From assembly GCF_009914755.1 (NCBI RefSeq), contig NC_060933.1: a stretch of DNA of 64,000 bases; one strand, 5' to 3'. Position 1 is the first letter of the stretch; each line of letters opens with the position of its first letter. Positions 30,353 to 48,236 of the stretch are shown here, piece after piece. This DNA comes from the human T2T-CHM13v2.0 reference genome, Homo sapiens. The notes below the pieces were generated by a model. The model made no database searches. It was not told the origin of the DNA and saw nothing but the letters and a program-made list of their open reading frames with translations. Position numbers and translations under genes: made by a program.

Positions 30353-31057
30353 TATTTTTGGTTATTTTTTACAAGATTCTTTATTTTTGAGGTATATATA
30401 TATATATCTCTCTCTGAGAATTTTGAATATATATATTCAGTATATATATATATATTTACTGAAATATGAATGAGATGATAGAATGTCTGGGATGTGGTTT
30501 GAAATAATACAGGAGTGGTGATGAGTGGGTGGGGTTTAGATGAAATGATATTGCAATGAATTGATTGTTATTGAAACAGAGTGACAGGAAAGTGGGGATT
30601 TATTAAACTGCTCTGTTAACATTTATACATGTTTAGATTTTTCCATAGTAACAACAACAAAAAATCCAATAAAAAGGCCCCAAAGTGAATAAACACTCTA
30701 ATGCACAAGTCCTTAAGCACATGTTTCTTTAGGGTATAAACTTGGAAGTGCGCCTTCAGTCTGCTAAAGAGTGCCAAGTTGCTCCCCAGAGTCAATTGTC
30801 AGCCTTTGACAGAGTCCAGTAGGAACTCAGATTGCCTCCCGTTGAGGACAATGAGCCGCCTCTCTTGTGTTAAGCCTTTTCTGCCGTTCCCATTGTGATT
30901 CTACTGGGGGTGGAGAGGAGGGTGCCTCAACTCCTGAGGGCAATGGGACGGTGAGGGGATGCAGCTGGATCCAAATAGCAATTTCTGGACCATGAATCCT
31001 TGCCTAAGTCAACTTACTGTTTTTCTCCTACCATTGAGCCTTTATTCTGGGTATCAA

Positions 31058-31841
31058 GTTATAAAACTGAGCTGGGGTCTCCTCACCCAGCACAGTAAGA
31101 CCAGACATCCACACTGAGGTTCTGCAGTGATAGAAAGGAAGCTGTTGGTTTGCAGGGTGCCAAACAAGGAGGACCAGGCCATAATGCTCAAATCCTGACC
31201 TCCCCTATATCTTGCAGGAAGAGATTTTTAAAGGCAGGGGTAAATTTCAGGAAGCAGAAATTACTGGCAAAATTAGAAATCAATGCATGAGGTTACACAT
31301 TGGTTTTGGCCTAAAAGGGTGGGAGATCTTGAAGCAGTGACTTCCAGGTCACGGGTAGGTTCAAAGCTTTTCTGATTTGCAATTGGTTAAGGAAGACAGG
31401 CTCTATTTAAAAATTTGAGGTCAGCAGAAAAATAAATGTTAGCTCTGTCTCATGGGTATGACTCCCTCCAAATCCCTCAGGAAGAAATTTAGAACACAGA
31501 ATGGTGGTCAGAGTTCAATCCTCAGCTCCCTCTTATCTGGGGTCTACTTGAATCTGTTTGGTGAGAGTCTGGGTTTCTGAAAAACAACTCAGAAACACAG
31601 GTTCAGATGTTACCTTTAGTTTTGATAGGGGCACCAAATGTCTCCTGACTCCAACTTCCTTTGCTATTGTTTTAGGCCACTAATTACCTCGTTGCTTACC
31701 GAGTTGTTCATTTACTTCTCACGGCTAGCTAGCTAGGTACCTGGAATTCCCCTTTCAAGGAACTCAAGATTTTCCTTTATTTTCATACTTGGCGGGGCTC
31801 ACAGGCCCCTAAAAGCTGGGGAGTGTCTTTGCTCCATCTCA
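31058..31841 (-). mobile_element. MER4-group ERV1 solo LTR (LTR48/MER39-like), near full length
   Basis: ~780 bp; ends ...aggaactcaagattttcctttatttt...tgctccatctca; paralogous to 26395-27432. Confidence 0.8.
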
Positions 31842-32811
31842 ATAAATCTCACCCAATTTACAAAAATATGCATACAGCTGCTTTTTTGTTACAAGAGAAA
31901 TACATGTTTATGATAGAAACTTAAGACATTATAAGTAAATAAAAAGAAGAAAATAAAAATCGGCCTTATGTACCGTAGCGGCTGCCGGCATTCATTGGTC
32001 ACTTTGTCTTTTTTCTGGGTTAATACTCTACATTTTACTTGAAATGTGCTCTCTTCACTTCAGATTTGTTTTTTCATATCATTAAACATTCTTTTACAAT
32101 ACAGTTGATGATGTCTTGGTATGTTTTTTGTAGAAATGACACAATTCATTTAAATAATTCCCAATTGTTCAACACTTAGACTGTTTCCCAAAGTTCTCTA
32201 TTTTTTCCCATTTTTGCCTTATGTGCATTTTGAAGCAGGGCTCAGAGCTTTGACTTACCTCCAAACAGAGCCAACTCCACTGTGAGTTAGAAGACATGAA
32301 TGTTTCATGGAGAAACAGAAACTTAGCCATTTGATATTTGTGCTTTGTACCCATTCTCCTTTCCAGACACTGGCCTCTTCTCTCTTTTTTTCTCTTTCCC
32401 AGACAGTTTCTAAATGTCCCTTATGATGTCCAGAGTTCAGAGTCATTCATCTCTGTACACTCAGCAAAGCAAAAAGTTCTGCGGTCAGCAGAACGAACCA
32501 TCTTGACGTAGCAGTTCAGGGACCATCGATTTTAACTCATATGTCCCTTGAAAGGTTCACCAAATAATTTATCAAAGTATTATGGTTATTTCCTTGAGAT
32601 AAATTCTTAGAGGTGGAACTGCTGGATCAGAAAGCATAAAAAAGGGAATGTTTTCGATGACTTAGGAACAAGGGTGTCAGGTGTGTTGATTTGCTTTCTG
32701 CCAGTGCTCTTGAGAGAATGTTGATTTGACTGCAGTCATTAACTAGCTGAGATTTCGAGTAGAATTCCTCTGGTTCATTTGTCATTCTATTCCCTGTCAC
32801 CGTACTTGGCA

Positions 32812-33457
32812 GTAGAGCATCAGAGCTCTGTCTGGGAAGTACAACCACTATGAGTGGTATGAATAAGGGATTTGTTATAAAGCTTAGACTTTATGCAACT
32901 GTGCAAGGGCTAAGCAAGTATAGTTCTGAAAGGAGATTGGGTAGCATCATAGAAAAATCACCAACAAGGGGCCATGAAGGGGAGCTGTGGTTGGCCTGAG
33001 GGAGTTGTAGGTCAGCAGGGCAGGCAGTTGGGAAGAAAAGCTGGCTGTGAAGCAGAGGGAAATAGTCAAGTAGAACGCAAAAGGGCAAACTGGAGCCTGA
33101 ATCTGTGTTTCACTGATGTCTAACTCCAGTGGTGCTGATGACCTATCAAACAATCGGTGCCTTTTGCTATGGAGCTGTGCATGTGTCTGGCCCAGGACTA
33201 GTTGAAGCTGAAGGAGTTGATCTAGTGGGAGCTGAAGGAGCTGTGTGCCCTGCCTCTGCCCCATGCTAACAAGACTAGCCAGCAGATCAGCCCCTGGGGC
33301 CTCCAAGGCACTTAAAGCATAACGGCTGCTGTTATGTAGCTTCCAAACCGCATGCAAATCTTCCTTGTGTGCAATCCTCACTTGGAACCATCTGGGGAAA
33401 GGACTTTTGGGAAGCATAGCTCCAGCTTAGCTAAGTTGACAGAGTAAAACCACCACA
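32812..33457 (-). mobile_element. ERVL LTR (LTR41-like)
   Basis: aataagggatttgttat...gggaaaggacttttgggaagcatagctccagcttagctaagttgacag...caccaca. Confidence 0.65.
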
Positions 33458-34031
33458 AGCAGTGCCTGTAGGACTCAGTGCCAGGACAGAAAAGTGAATT
33501 CTAGTGAAGATAGTATTTACTATTGCCTAGGGAAGCTTACAGAGGTAGCAAAGCCAGAAAAATTTTGCTGATGTGTTTTCCTGTAAGGGAAGAAGTTTCC
33601 CAGAAGGGAAAACAAGCTCAACACTGAGGAGAGAATTCTGCAGAGAAATGTTATACTTTCTCCCATGAGAGAAATTACTGAACCAAATATTCTCAGGTCT
33701 TTTGGTAGAGGCATTGATGAGCCAATCAGAGAAGGACCATGTGTTTGTATCATTTCTCTGAAACAGACTTAGGAAGTAATCTGAGCTAACCTATGTATAA
33801 AAATCTCTGTAAAGGACATGAAAATACCCCCAATCAATAATTAGAAGCTATTGTTATTGGAGATGCTGCTAATCTTGTATCATGAAGAATTTATACAATT
33901 ACAGAAGTTGAACTTGTCTGTAGCAGCAGTCCTCTTCACAACCCAGAGAACCTATTGTATTTTATTGCACTTATGGGATATTTGTCATATGTTCCAAACA
34001 CAGGCAATAAATTATAATATTAAATAATTCA

Positions 34032-34339
<308 letters not shown>

Positions 34340-35554
34340 TCACTGCTTTGGAAGAGACCTCCAGTGGTAAACTTGAACATTTTCAAAATTTTCCTGTTTA
34401 TGGCATAATTTTTTTTTCAGCTTTATTGACAACAGTGGCAGTGTCAGAGACAGCCTGATAAAAGACAATGAGGGGAGGCTCAGCCATAATAACGTAGGTG
34501 GTGGAACTCAGATGCCTCTATCTTTGTATCCTTGTTCTTATTGTGGCTATCGGTCCCCACAATACTTCTAGTCTCAGTCAGGACCGATATTCCTGCCTAT
34601 TGCACTGCCTGATTCTTTGATGTTTTCCAGACACATTTTGCTCAATATAGCTGGGTTTTATCATGAGGAGTCCTTTAGAAAATCCCCAAAGGGGGTCAGA
34701 CATTACTGGTACAACTCTGGAAAGATCTTTTCCATTCTAACAGCAAAAGATGAGAATTCCAGATTATCACCACTGCTCTTAGGTGAGATACACTGACCAG
34801 AGTTCTGCTTGAAAGTGACCCTAGACTGGGATTCAAAGACACCTTCCAAAACCACACCACCAAACCGAGCCACCAAGGGAGCTGCTCCTCCACAAGTGGG
34901 AGTTGCTGATCCAGGCAGCTGCCCTACAGCTGCAGCCTTTCTCCAGCCTTTCCAACAATTCTAAGAGCACTTTATATCCTTAGCAACTCCTTTGCATTTA
35001 AACTAATTTAGGTGGATACCGTTGTCTACAGTAAGGGCCCTGACTAATAAAGCAATTGGCCCTAGAATCTGAGTAGAGGAAGAGTTGGGTTTTTTTTTCT
35101 TTTTCTTTCTTTCTTTTTTGTATTTTAAACTTCACTAGCAGGAAAGAGTTGTTTTTTTCAATCCTGAGAGGGAACTAGGTTGATGGAGATTAAGGAACAC
35201 AGCAGAAAGCACCTGCTTTGACATAATTTTCTTTCTCCCCGTCTTTGCTTTCAAACCAGCCATCCTGAGCCTCAATTCACTGTTTGTTGTTGAGTCCTCC
35301 TGAAAGGTACGAGAAGCAGCTGCCACTTGCTGATATACTCTATTTTTTTTTTCTTAAAGCTACTAATCTGGTTGGCACCTTTCATCAAACTCCTACAAAG
35401 TGAGCCTCTGGGACCACCTGGATCTGTCTCTCTTCTGGCCCAGAATCTTTCAGACAACCAAATCTCCTCTCTTTTGGGCAGAAGATAATGTCTGAATATT
35501 CTTTTGCTTTGATTGACAGGAAATAAAGGGCACTTGAAACAGCAGGAGCTGCCT

Positions 35555-37657
<2,103 letters not shown>

Positions 37658-37887
37658 CTGGTCTCTTAGTGTTTTGACATTTTAGCCCTATTAGATTTAA
37701 AGGAATTAAGGTAGAGGTACAGCTGATCCCTGAGAAAGAAAGTACAAGTTTGTCAGATGCTAAAATAGGGGGCTAACACTTTGTGAGGTTCATTATACCC
37801 ACCAATGAATGTAATCATTCTTTCCACCTGCAAAGTTCTGTCCTCTTATTGTTGATCTGGCCTCATTTCTAACACAAAAAGAAAGCA

Positions 37888-38305
37888 CGTCAAGACTGCA
37901 AAGGATCTGAGATTGCACCCTGCTTTCAAGCTAATAAGCTCCTGGATGGTGGCAGCAGATGTGGGACTCCCGGGCCAGAGACAAAGGACTTCATTACTCA
38001 CAGCCATGCAGCATAAGCAGCATATTGCCTCAGTGCCCCTTGCCTCTGAGTCTCATGGGGGTGACACAGATGAGCCCAGATGGACGTCGCACATGCAGTG
38101 TTTGCATTACAGGAAAGGAGCCCTGAGCTCAGAGAACACAAATCTTTTCTAATCAACAGTAAGTTGATTGCCCTTTGCTCTGGAGGAAGGTGCTACCTCT
38201 GTCTCCCAAGGCTGTTCACTAAATATCCCTGAAAAGATAGTTTAGAGCAAAGGGTGATCAATGCCTTGGTCATGAAATAGGCTCACGGAGAATCATCTCC
38301 CAACA
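37888..38305 (-). mobile_element. LTR40-like solo ERVL LTR (second copy)
   Basis: Homologous to 24498-24941; ends gagaatcatctcccaaca. Confidence 0.78.
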
Positions 38306-38659
38306 CAGTTAAAGGCCCTTTGTTAGTGAGAATCAAAGGTTAAAATGGTGCTATATAAAATAACAGTTTTCCAGTTGGCTGATATTAGTCGACTTATCAC
38401 CTAAGAAAAATGCGTAGTGAGGGCAAAAAAAACCCTCTTTAATATCAATGTAGGTGTTAGGGAAATGGTCCCTAGATATGTAAGTGTTCCTTTAATCCTA
38501 TATGACCCTGCAGTTTCCAATTTGATCCTTCTTTAACATTTTTAAACTTATGGTTAGATGAACACCCTTTGGGTTGGTGAATCCATAAGTAAATCGCTTG
38601 CTTCATGAAGTAGAACTTGTTTTTATTTGTTTTAATCTTGTTTTTTCCACATAAAGCAC

Positions 38660-38803
38660 CAGGCTCAAGTCTCAGTTCGGCCACTAACTTGTGATATGAC
38701 CTATGTAAGTTACTTAGCATCTGTTGGCCTCAGTCTTTCCATCATGTAGGGGAAACTGGGCTAAATGATTGCTAAGGCTCCTTCCAGATTCCAAGTTCTG
38801 TGA
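38660..38803 (+). mobile_element. MIR
   Basis: ccactaacttgtgatatgacctatgtaagttacttagc...cctcagtctttccatc. Confidence 0.7.
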
Positions 38804-38959
38804 TACTTTTGCTCTTGGATTTGGGGATTTACCATGCTTGCCTTGGATTTTGATTTTATGATCATCAACAACAAATATCAAGAAACTTTCATCCTTCCAA
38901 TTGCAGCTTCAAATACAAAGATACACAAGACATATCTTCTGTCCCTAGAGGATAGCTGG

Positions 38960-39420
38960 ATGTTCTGGTTATCTGTCACTGCATAACAAACCACACCAAA
39001 ACTTAGTGGGTTAAAACAACACATTTATTTTGCTCATGCGTCTGTAATTTGAGCAGGGCTTGGCTGGGGCAGGCCATCTCTGTACCATGTAGCATCAGCT
39101 TGGCTGGCTCAACTAGGGCTAGAGGATTCATTTGTAAGGTGGCTCTCTTACATGACTGGCAAGTTGGTGCTGGGGTCACCTGAAAGTTCAGTTCCTCTCC
39201 ACAAAGGTCTGTCCTCAGGCAACTTAGGCTTCCTCACAGCATGGCAGAATCGAAGAGTGAGCATCTAAAGAGAACCTGGTGGAAGCTGAATGACCTTTCC
39301 TAATGTAGCCTCAAAAGCCACATAATGTCATTTCTGCCCTAGTCATAGCCTACCCAGATTCAAGTGAGAAAAAAGAGTTAAGAGGGGCAGACATAAGCTC
39401 AATTCCTCCACGGGAGAAGA
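38960..39420 (-). mobile_element. Old MLT1 (H-like) LTR
   Basis: gcataacaaaccacaccaaaacttagtggg...gctcatg...catgactggcaagttggtgctg. Confidence 0.75.
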
Positions 39421-39439
39421 ATTAAAATCTAATTGTTTA

Positions 39440-40320
<881 letters not shown>

Positions 40321-40816
40321 TTTCATGTTCTTTTATGCAATGATAGTCAGGTGTGGCCATAAGAGGAGGCAGTGGAGAGGCTCAGGAAAACAAGGTTTCT
40401 TATACCCACAGGTCCTACAGACAGAGGCAGGGCATACCATGCCACATAGAACCACATGGAAAGACACCGGGTGCTCAGGAGGCAGAAGACAGGAGGGAGG
40501 GGAAGGTTGAGACTGGAGCCTTCATGGGGGCATCTAAAGGAAGGGCACATTCTATTCTCTGCAGAATTTTCAATCCTTAATTAGCATAACCATCATAAAA
40601 CCTCCTTTTTCACACTTAGAATCCCTTGACTTTCCCCTCTCTGTGAATTCCTCAGTTACTTTACTCACTGGTGGGTTTTCCCTAGCTTGGCAATTTTTCC
40701 CTTAAGCTCTGGTAGTCTTTGTTTTATTCTTTGACATATAGGAAGTAAATTAATAGGTGTTTTTATTAACTTTAGGTGCTATTTATATGGAGGTTTCCCT
40801 CTGGAGTGAGTGAGGT

Positions 40817-41446
40817 TCTTACCGGTGGTGGGTCCAGGTGGGGTCTTCAGTATTTGATTCTTGTCTTCTTGGAAGAAAGAATTCAGCCAAGAGACAGAAG
40901 CAGATTGAAGGCAGAGATGAGAGTTTATTGAAGCAAGGAAAAGTACATATAGAAGAAACCAAACAAGGAACTCAAAAGATTGAGCACCCCGCCTGCTTGT
41001 TGGCTTAGGGCTCTTATAGAGCTACTGTTTCTTGGTTCTTCCCAGTCTCCTGCCCTCGTCCTTCCCCTTGGGTGGGCTGTTGGCTAATTACCACATGCAC
41101 TGTTTGGTGGTTGACGCTATGCACATGCTCTTTTAGGGCAATTTTTCCTTACTGGTCTAGCACCCCCAGAGGAAGGTCTTATACCAGTCAAACTCTGCCA
41201 TGTTTCCTCTTACTGCACATGCCTGGACATGTTTGCTCAATTCTCAGGATCTTACTGGGAAGTTGTTGCCCATGAGCTCAAAATGTTTCCTGGTTGTTAG
41301 GAAATTTTCCCCTCTCTGGCACCAGCCAGGACCATCATTCTTGAAGAGCTGCCTGACAATTGCATGACAGTCACCTAACTGTTGCCTGACATTCCTCAGG
41401 ACCCTATCCTGCCCTGCCCCTATCTGTCTATCTACCTACTCCAACA
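40817..41446 (-). mobile_element. MER51-like solo ERV1 LTR
   Basis: gaaagaattcagcc...agtttattgaagca...cccccagaggaaggtc...cctgccctgcc...cctactccaaca; TSD aggt/agat. Confidence 0.78.
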
Positions 41447-42500
41447 AGATGAGGGATGTTAGGGGCCTGTGATTCCCTTCTCTGTGTCTCAGTGCCCTGT
41501 AACCACCCTCACCTCACTGAACAAACACAGAACTGTAGGACTGAGAACCAGAGGAGAAACCAGGTTGGGGGACCCTATTTAAGAAAAAGAATTTTTTAAA
41601 GTTCAGCAAAAATGTATCTGAAAAACAACAAATATTGATTCCAAATGAGAAAACAGATCCCAACAAATTATAAATTGAGAAATTGCAGTCTCTTAATTGG
41701 AATGTACAGGAAGGGTTACCTTTCTAAGGAGCTTGCACAAGTGCACGGCTGAAAGCTTAAGCTTTCTCAGCTTCCTGGGTAAATCTCATTCTGATGACCA
41801 CAACACCCCCAAGCATTCACTCCCCTTTTCCCAGCAGCTCAACACCTCCAGCTTCCTGTTAGCTTCCAGTAAGGAACACAGTTTTGAATTGAGGGTGAGC
41901 AGCTGCTTATGGATATAAATGATTCACTGGTGAGAGACCTGGGCCTTTTCCCTGTGGATTAGCCCCTTCCGTGGAAATTAATTAACTTCTTTGGGCTTGG
42001 CTTGCTTTCTTCATAAAATGTAATCATGGGACTTGCAGGCTTGTAATTCTACAAGAGGGATCAAATGATGTGAGTGAAGGATTTTTAAGTTGTACAACCA
42101 CAGGCTTGTGAAAACTCATGTGATTATTGGTGTTGGGTACTAATGGGCTTTTCCCTAAAGATATTCTACTTACGATCCTCTCTTTTAAAAGTAAAGTAAC
42201 CAACAGGTAATTTAAGACATGGAAGTATATGCTATCTGCATACAGACAAGTAATAAGTGGTTTTAAATGATAATAAACAGGTTTTCATCATGGTGGGTGG
42301 GAGAAATCTCTTTTATGGCTGCTTTCCAGATACTTCCAAGACCTATCTTGAGGGTAGGTTCTGTGTCTCTCTTGTCTGTATTCCTATCATCTGGCATTTT
42401 GCTGTGCTCATCGCAGGCTCCATAAATGTTTGACAAATAAATACATGCATTACAAAAGAATTCTGTTTTATGGAAGTGCTATCTAAAAATTGCACTTATG

Positions 42501-42761
<261 letters not shown>

Positions 42762-45059
42762 TTAAACAAACTTAACTCTCTGTTCTCCTTCCTCCATTAA
42801 GAGATATAAACAACTCTTTCCTATTCTAGGGTCTAGGGTCTGGTCCCTTGGGACCATCAAATGGTTGTTCACTGGCAATTAAGCCCTTTTATTAAAGAAA
42901 AGGCAAGTGAATGAAGGTTTTGAATTTCCAGGGTTGGGAAAGCAGGCTGGCCCCAGGGTGGAGGTGGAATTTAGAGCCTGCAGAGGACCAGGGTTCAGGT
43001 GTGAGTGGAAAGAACCTAGGAATACTGAGCCTGGCCCTTCAGGTGTCAGGACCGACCTGGGGTGACAGAGAATGTTTTGGAGTGGCCTGGGAGCCTGGGG
43101 CGGGGCTTCACAGGCCTCAGGAAGCTGGTTATGGGGCCCACCGGTGACAGAACAACAGTGGATCCCCCAGCCCTCTGCAAGGAGCAAGGGTAGCAGAGAA
43201 GCCAGATGCTGAGAGTTCCCCACCCACCTCTGGAACCTGTAGACCCCTGATGATCAGAGGGAAGGAAAGTGAGGTTGGAGAAGGGACAGACATTGAATGT
43301 TCCACCAACTCAGGAGAACAGGTGCCTGAGAGGGATTGCATTAGAATTAGACAATCAAGACATGACCTGTGACACCATTTAATGCCTCTAATGCCATGGA
43401 ACACAGGGACTCAGTGGACAGGTGAGTACTTGCAACCTACTCAAGGAGGCTATGGAAGCTACTGTGTAGTTTGGAAGACTACGGCCTGGGAAAGCAAGCT
43501 CAGAGATGGTGGAGGATGTGAGTTGTGGAGAGTCAACCAGGCTGCAGCTTTGGACACCTGGTGGGGCATAATGGGCGGTAGGGATAGAGGCAGTGTTGGG
43601 GGAGAGGAAAGCCCTTGGCAAGACATTTGAATTTGATCCAGGACACAGGTAAGACTCAGGGGAAGGTTTTAATCAATATCAGATATCTGACATTTTATCA
43701 ATGTCAGAATATGGTGGCTTTGGAAGACAAGTTCAGGAGCTGGGTACAAGCCTGGGAATCACCAGGCTATTCTGGGGCCTGTTATGATGGCTTATAGCAT
43801 AAGACATCTGGTGTGGTTTTATGCCATGGCGGCTGGCACTGCTTGGTTTCCAGTGCTTTGGGGGGTTCCTCAGAGCCTGCCCTTGTCCTGTGTTGCTATG
43901 GGTTATCACTGAAGACCAAGATCCCCTGTGAAAGTTTCTGCCTAAAGATACTAGAGGATCAGCTTCAGGCTCAATTCTGCCATTTTTTCAGACTCTTAAC
44001 CCAAGGTACCTTAAGGTCAGTGCTCTTGACTGTTGGACCAGACTTTATAGGGGCAATTTGAAGCCACATGCCTCCATTGCAGGCAGTCTCATGGTCTTGA
44101 AAGACAACCCAGCTCCCAGGAGCGTTGTCAAAGTCTTCCCCAAACTTGGACCCAGTAGCTGTGTGGTGATTTGGGGAACATACCAGGACGACTCAGAAAT
44201 CTGCATTCTACTTTTGAGCAGAAATGTCTGTGTCCCTTTCAGGGTACTCCATGATGCCGGGAATTCTGTGACAGACAGACATGTCTTCCCTTTGTTTTGA
44301 GAGCAGAATATTTCTTGCCTTTGTGTGTTCTGTGGGATGTCAGGCAATCAGGCCGGCCCCATCACAGCACTTTGCAGCTGTGATTCATGTAACATTTCAT
44401 TTCAAGAAATGGCATTTCTTTAAGACTCGGCTGTAAAATGAGATGAGATGATAATGTGTTTTTAAAGTACTTAAGGAGAGTCAGAGACACAAGTGAGGTC
44501 ATGTGCTTTAAATGTTACATGGAGCTGTTGACAGCCTGCTTTAAGATTTTTGGCATTTAAGTAAATTACAAGTGAGGAAAGAGGGTTCAATCAAGTCACC
44601 TTCTGACATGAAACTCCCTGCAGTCCTCTGCAGAACAGCCATGCAGCGGGACCAAAAAGTGGAATGATGCATTTGTGGGGCCTCTTGGTTGCTTTTCTTA
44701 GGCTCACTGTCTGTGCATAGGGAACAGCTCCGAAGGGAGGGAGCGCTGCCCTCCCTTCACTCTCTTCTCTCTCTCTTGCTTCTTGAAATTGTACACGGGG
44801 TAAGGGCAGCCCAGTGTTTCTTTCCATTTTCTGTTACCACATATACCACATATACCATCCCGCTGAACAGTCTCTAGGTAACAGGAGTTCCAGTCCTCAG
44901 CCTGCGGCCTCTCGATTTGAGGCAACATGTGGAACCATAAAGCATGTGAAATCAGTTCTTTTGGTATGTGTTATGTTGGGTTTGAGTCACTTAGAAAAAT
45001 CAAAATATTCTAGTATGATACAGGGACATTTTTCCTTTCCATTCTTTTTAAATATTAAT

Positions 45060-46960
45060 TGTTCTCAACTCTTTCCTTTTTAATTAAATTTTTGTTTCTA
45101 TCACAATAGTGTCTGAACCTAGTTTTAAAACACAAATACATTATCGAAGGCCTAACAAAAAGCTCCCTTAAACTTTTTGTCTCATTAGAAAGCTATCCAT
45201 TTTAATGGAAGAAAATTTTGAAAAATAAAAAAAGGTCTAAAAGAAAAATTTAGAACTAACATGCCTCATGTAACCTAAATGCTAACTCCGTAGACCATGT
45301 GCATATAGTTGGTCAATTAATTTGCAGGATATGCTTATTCTAAGTAAAATGTTTTTAATGACTATATATGTTTTAAGCCTTTTAATGTCTCACTAGATTT
45401 TTACGTAAACATCTTTTAAAAGTCATTAACATATCTGAATTCTGGAAATCCAGAATAGGTCTTACCCCACTGATTTGAGATTGGTAGTCTTTTTCCCTGC
45501 TTCTTTTGGGTCATCTTTTTCTCTGTATATAATTGAAAAAAAATAAAATTTGATTCATAATGTAAATTTTTAAAAACTAGGTAAAATTTCCCATCCCTTT
45601 CCACTCTTGTGTCCCACTTCCCAAAGACAAACACCTTAAAGAATCTTTAACTGTTTATTCCACTATTTTCTGTCATTTAACTGAAGAACATGCATATACT
45701 GTCATTTCTTGATTTATCGATTTTAGATGTTTTCTATTCCCTCCCTGTTTGTCTCTAAATCCTAAGAAGGATTTAGCTTTCTTACACGGTGTCTTCCTTC
45801 TGCCCCTCATCCCACATGCTTTCTCCCTTCTTCCTATTTTATTTGTATCCAAATATTTTTTACAAAATCCAATATTGGCATTGACATTATTATGTCGGAG
45901 CTGTAGAGCTGTAGAGTTTTCTATGGTTATATCCCACCAGATCTGTCTCACATTGCTCAATTTCATTTTCCAAAAGCCAGCTATATCAGAAAATTTATTA
46001 AATATCAATCAGTTCCTCCTTGTATCGGACTTCTCTCCCAGTCTTCATCATTCAGCTCCAAACTGGATGACGAGTACTCAGTGGGCATCTTGAGCTACAC
46101 TCTGCATCATCCTGTGATTTTGCTGTGCATTTTCCTGGTAGAATCTTTTTCTCCTACGTCCCATGTCTTCATTCTTAGCTTAATTCCCTCTTTCTCTACC
46201 ACTATTAGCTGTGAGATTTATGAGCAAATCACCTAATTTCTCTGTGCCCAGTTTCCTCTTTGTAAAATGGAGATGATAGGAGTACTCACCTCCTAGGGGT
46301 ATGGCAAGGAGTAAACCAATTAATACACATAAAGTACTTCGAATAGTGCCTGGTGCAGAAGATGCTCTCTATGGACCAGCCATTGTTTTGTTAGGCTGCA
46401 TCTGCCATTAGCTTCCTCAAAAGGGGTGCAGGGAAAGTAAGTTTTGAGAACATATCTAATAATATCGTTTCTTCCATTTTCCTTGATTGATCATTTGTAT
46501 GAATAGCATTCTAGGCCGAGGATGATTTTCACTTAGAATTTGGAAGGCATTGCTCCATCTTCCATCTTCAAGCTGATGTTATTCTGATGGGCAATTCTTT
46601 GCACATGAGTTGTTATTTTTCTCTGGAAGCTTCGAGAATCTTAAGGTTTGGTTTTGAAATTGCATTTTCGTGACTCTTTTATTTTTCATTCATTATGCTG
46701 AGAATTTTCAGTTGGAAATGTATTACTGTTATCGGCATGATTATTCATAATTTCATTCCCTCTACTTTTTCTATTCTCTTCTTAGAACTTTTATTCATTG
46801 AATTTTTGACTTCTTGGGTTGATTTCCTGGAAGACTTATCCTTCCCTCTTCTAGTCCATCTTTTTGTTTTGTTTTGTTTTAATATTCTCTGGGCAATTTT
46901 TTTGACTCCATCTTCTGATATTTCTCAGGAATTTTATTTTTTTGTTTTGGTCTTGCCAGC
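45060..46960 (-). mobile_element. Very old L1ME/L1M fragments
   Basis: T-rich antisense L1-like text (tattctctgggcaatttttttgactccatcttc etc.); boundaries approximate. Confidence 0.5.
46195..46380 (+). mobile_element. MIR
   Basis: ccactattagctgtga...ctctgtgcccagtttcctctttgtaaaatgg...aatagtgcctgg. Confidence 0.82.
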
Positions 46961-47593
46961 AAGTGAGTGCTGCTAAAGGCAGCCTTCTAGTGGTCTGGGC
47001 ATCACTTTCCCCTTGAACAATTTATAGCTTGCTTGTCTATGATGGGAATAATCTGTGCAAGATTTGCCTAGTTTTGTTTCTTCCTTTACTACTCTTTTTT
47101 TTTTTTAAAGTTTTTTTGCCTTAAGTCACAATTACACAAATATGGAGAATCATATGCAATTTTTAGTTAACAGTGGAAGTAATGGTGTATAATTACTCTA
47201 AATGCAAAGACTTAAGAGAATTTGTCCCCAGAAGGAAGCTTGTAGAAAAGCAAAATATGTTCGGTAAACATAGGAGAGTGTGAATGCTTGGGGAGAACCT
47301 TTTCTGTTTCTTCTGGGTTTACCCTGATTACCAGGGAGTCAACTTCAGCTGACAGCAGAGGGAGCTCAGCACGGAGTGGCCATGCAGGCTTTCTGAGATG
47401 GGTTCCAGAAGAACTTATGTCACCACTCCCTCCATTTACAAAGACAGCTTGAGAGGGGAGCAGGCAGAGGCCGCAGGATTCCTGGGGTAGTAATATTCCT
47501 CCTCTAGCCCTCCAGGGGAGGGCAGATAGTTGACACATTACCCCTCAAAAGAGGGGTTGCTGAAATTGCTCCTGAGGCTTAAGGGTAACCCTG

Positions 47594-48236
47594 AGTGTTA
47601 GTGTTTTCCAGAGAAAACAGAATTAATAGGTTGTGAATATGCATACAAGAAATTTATCATACGGAATTGGCTCACGTGATGATGGAGGCTGGCAAGTCCT
47701 AAGATCTGTAAAGTGAGTCGACAGGCTGGAGACCCCGAAGAACTGATGGCTTAGGTGTAGTCTGAAGACTGGCAAGCTCAAGACCCAGGAAATCTCACGT
47801 TTCAGTTTGAGTCCAAGGCAGGAAAAAGGCCAATGTCCCAGTTCAAAGCCATCAGGCAGAAAGGGTTATCTTTTACTCCAGGAAGGACCTATTCAGGCCT
47901 TCGGCTGATTGAACGAGGCCCACCCATGTCATGGAGGGCAATCTGCTTTACTTGGTCTACTGATTTAAATGTTAACCTTGGCTGGGTGCAGTGGATCACA
48001 TCTGTAATCCCAGCACTTTGGGAGGCTGAAGTGAGGGATCTCTTGAGGTCAGGAGTTTGAGACCATCCTGGGCAACATAGTGAGACCCTCTCTCTACCAA
48101 AAAATATAAAATAAAATAAAAATTAAATATGAACCTTATCCAAACACACCCTCACAAAACACCCAGAATAATGTTTGTCCAAATATCTGGGCACCTTATG
48201 GCCCAGTCATATTGACATATATAATTAACTGTCACA
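47594..48236 (-). mobile_element. MLT2-type ERVL solo LTR interrupted by FLAM
   Basis: gttttccagagaaaacagaa...ggaattggctcacgtgatgatggaggctggcaagtcc...ggcccagtcatattgacatataattaactgtcaca; 5-bp TSD ccctg. Confidence 0.85.
47980..48122 (+). mobile_element. Alu left monomer (FLAM_C/AluJ)
   Basis: Monomer plus (AAAAT)n; TSD-like ttaaatgttaacctt / ttaaatatgaacctt. Confidence 0.88.

Noticed and set aside
32947-33417. 156-aa ORF
   Set aside because: Lies entirely within an LTR; no recognisable domain
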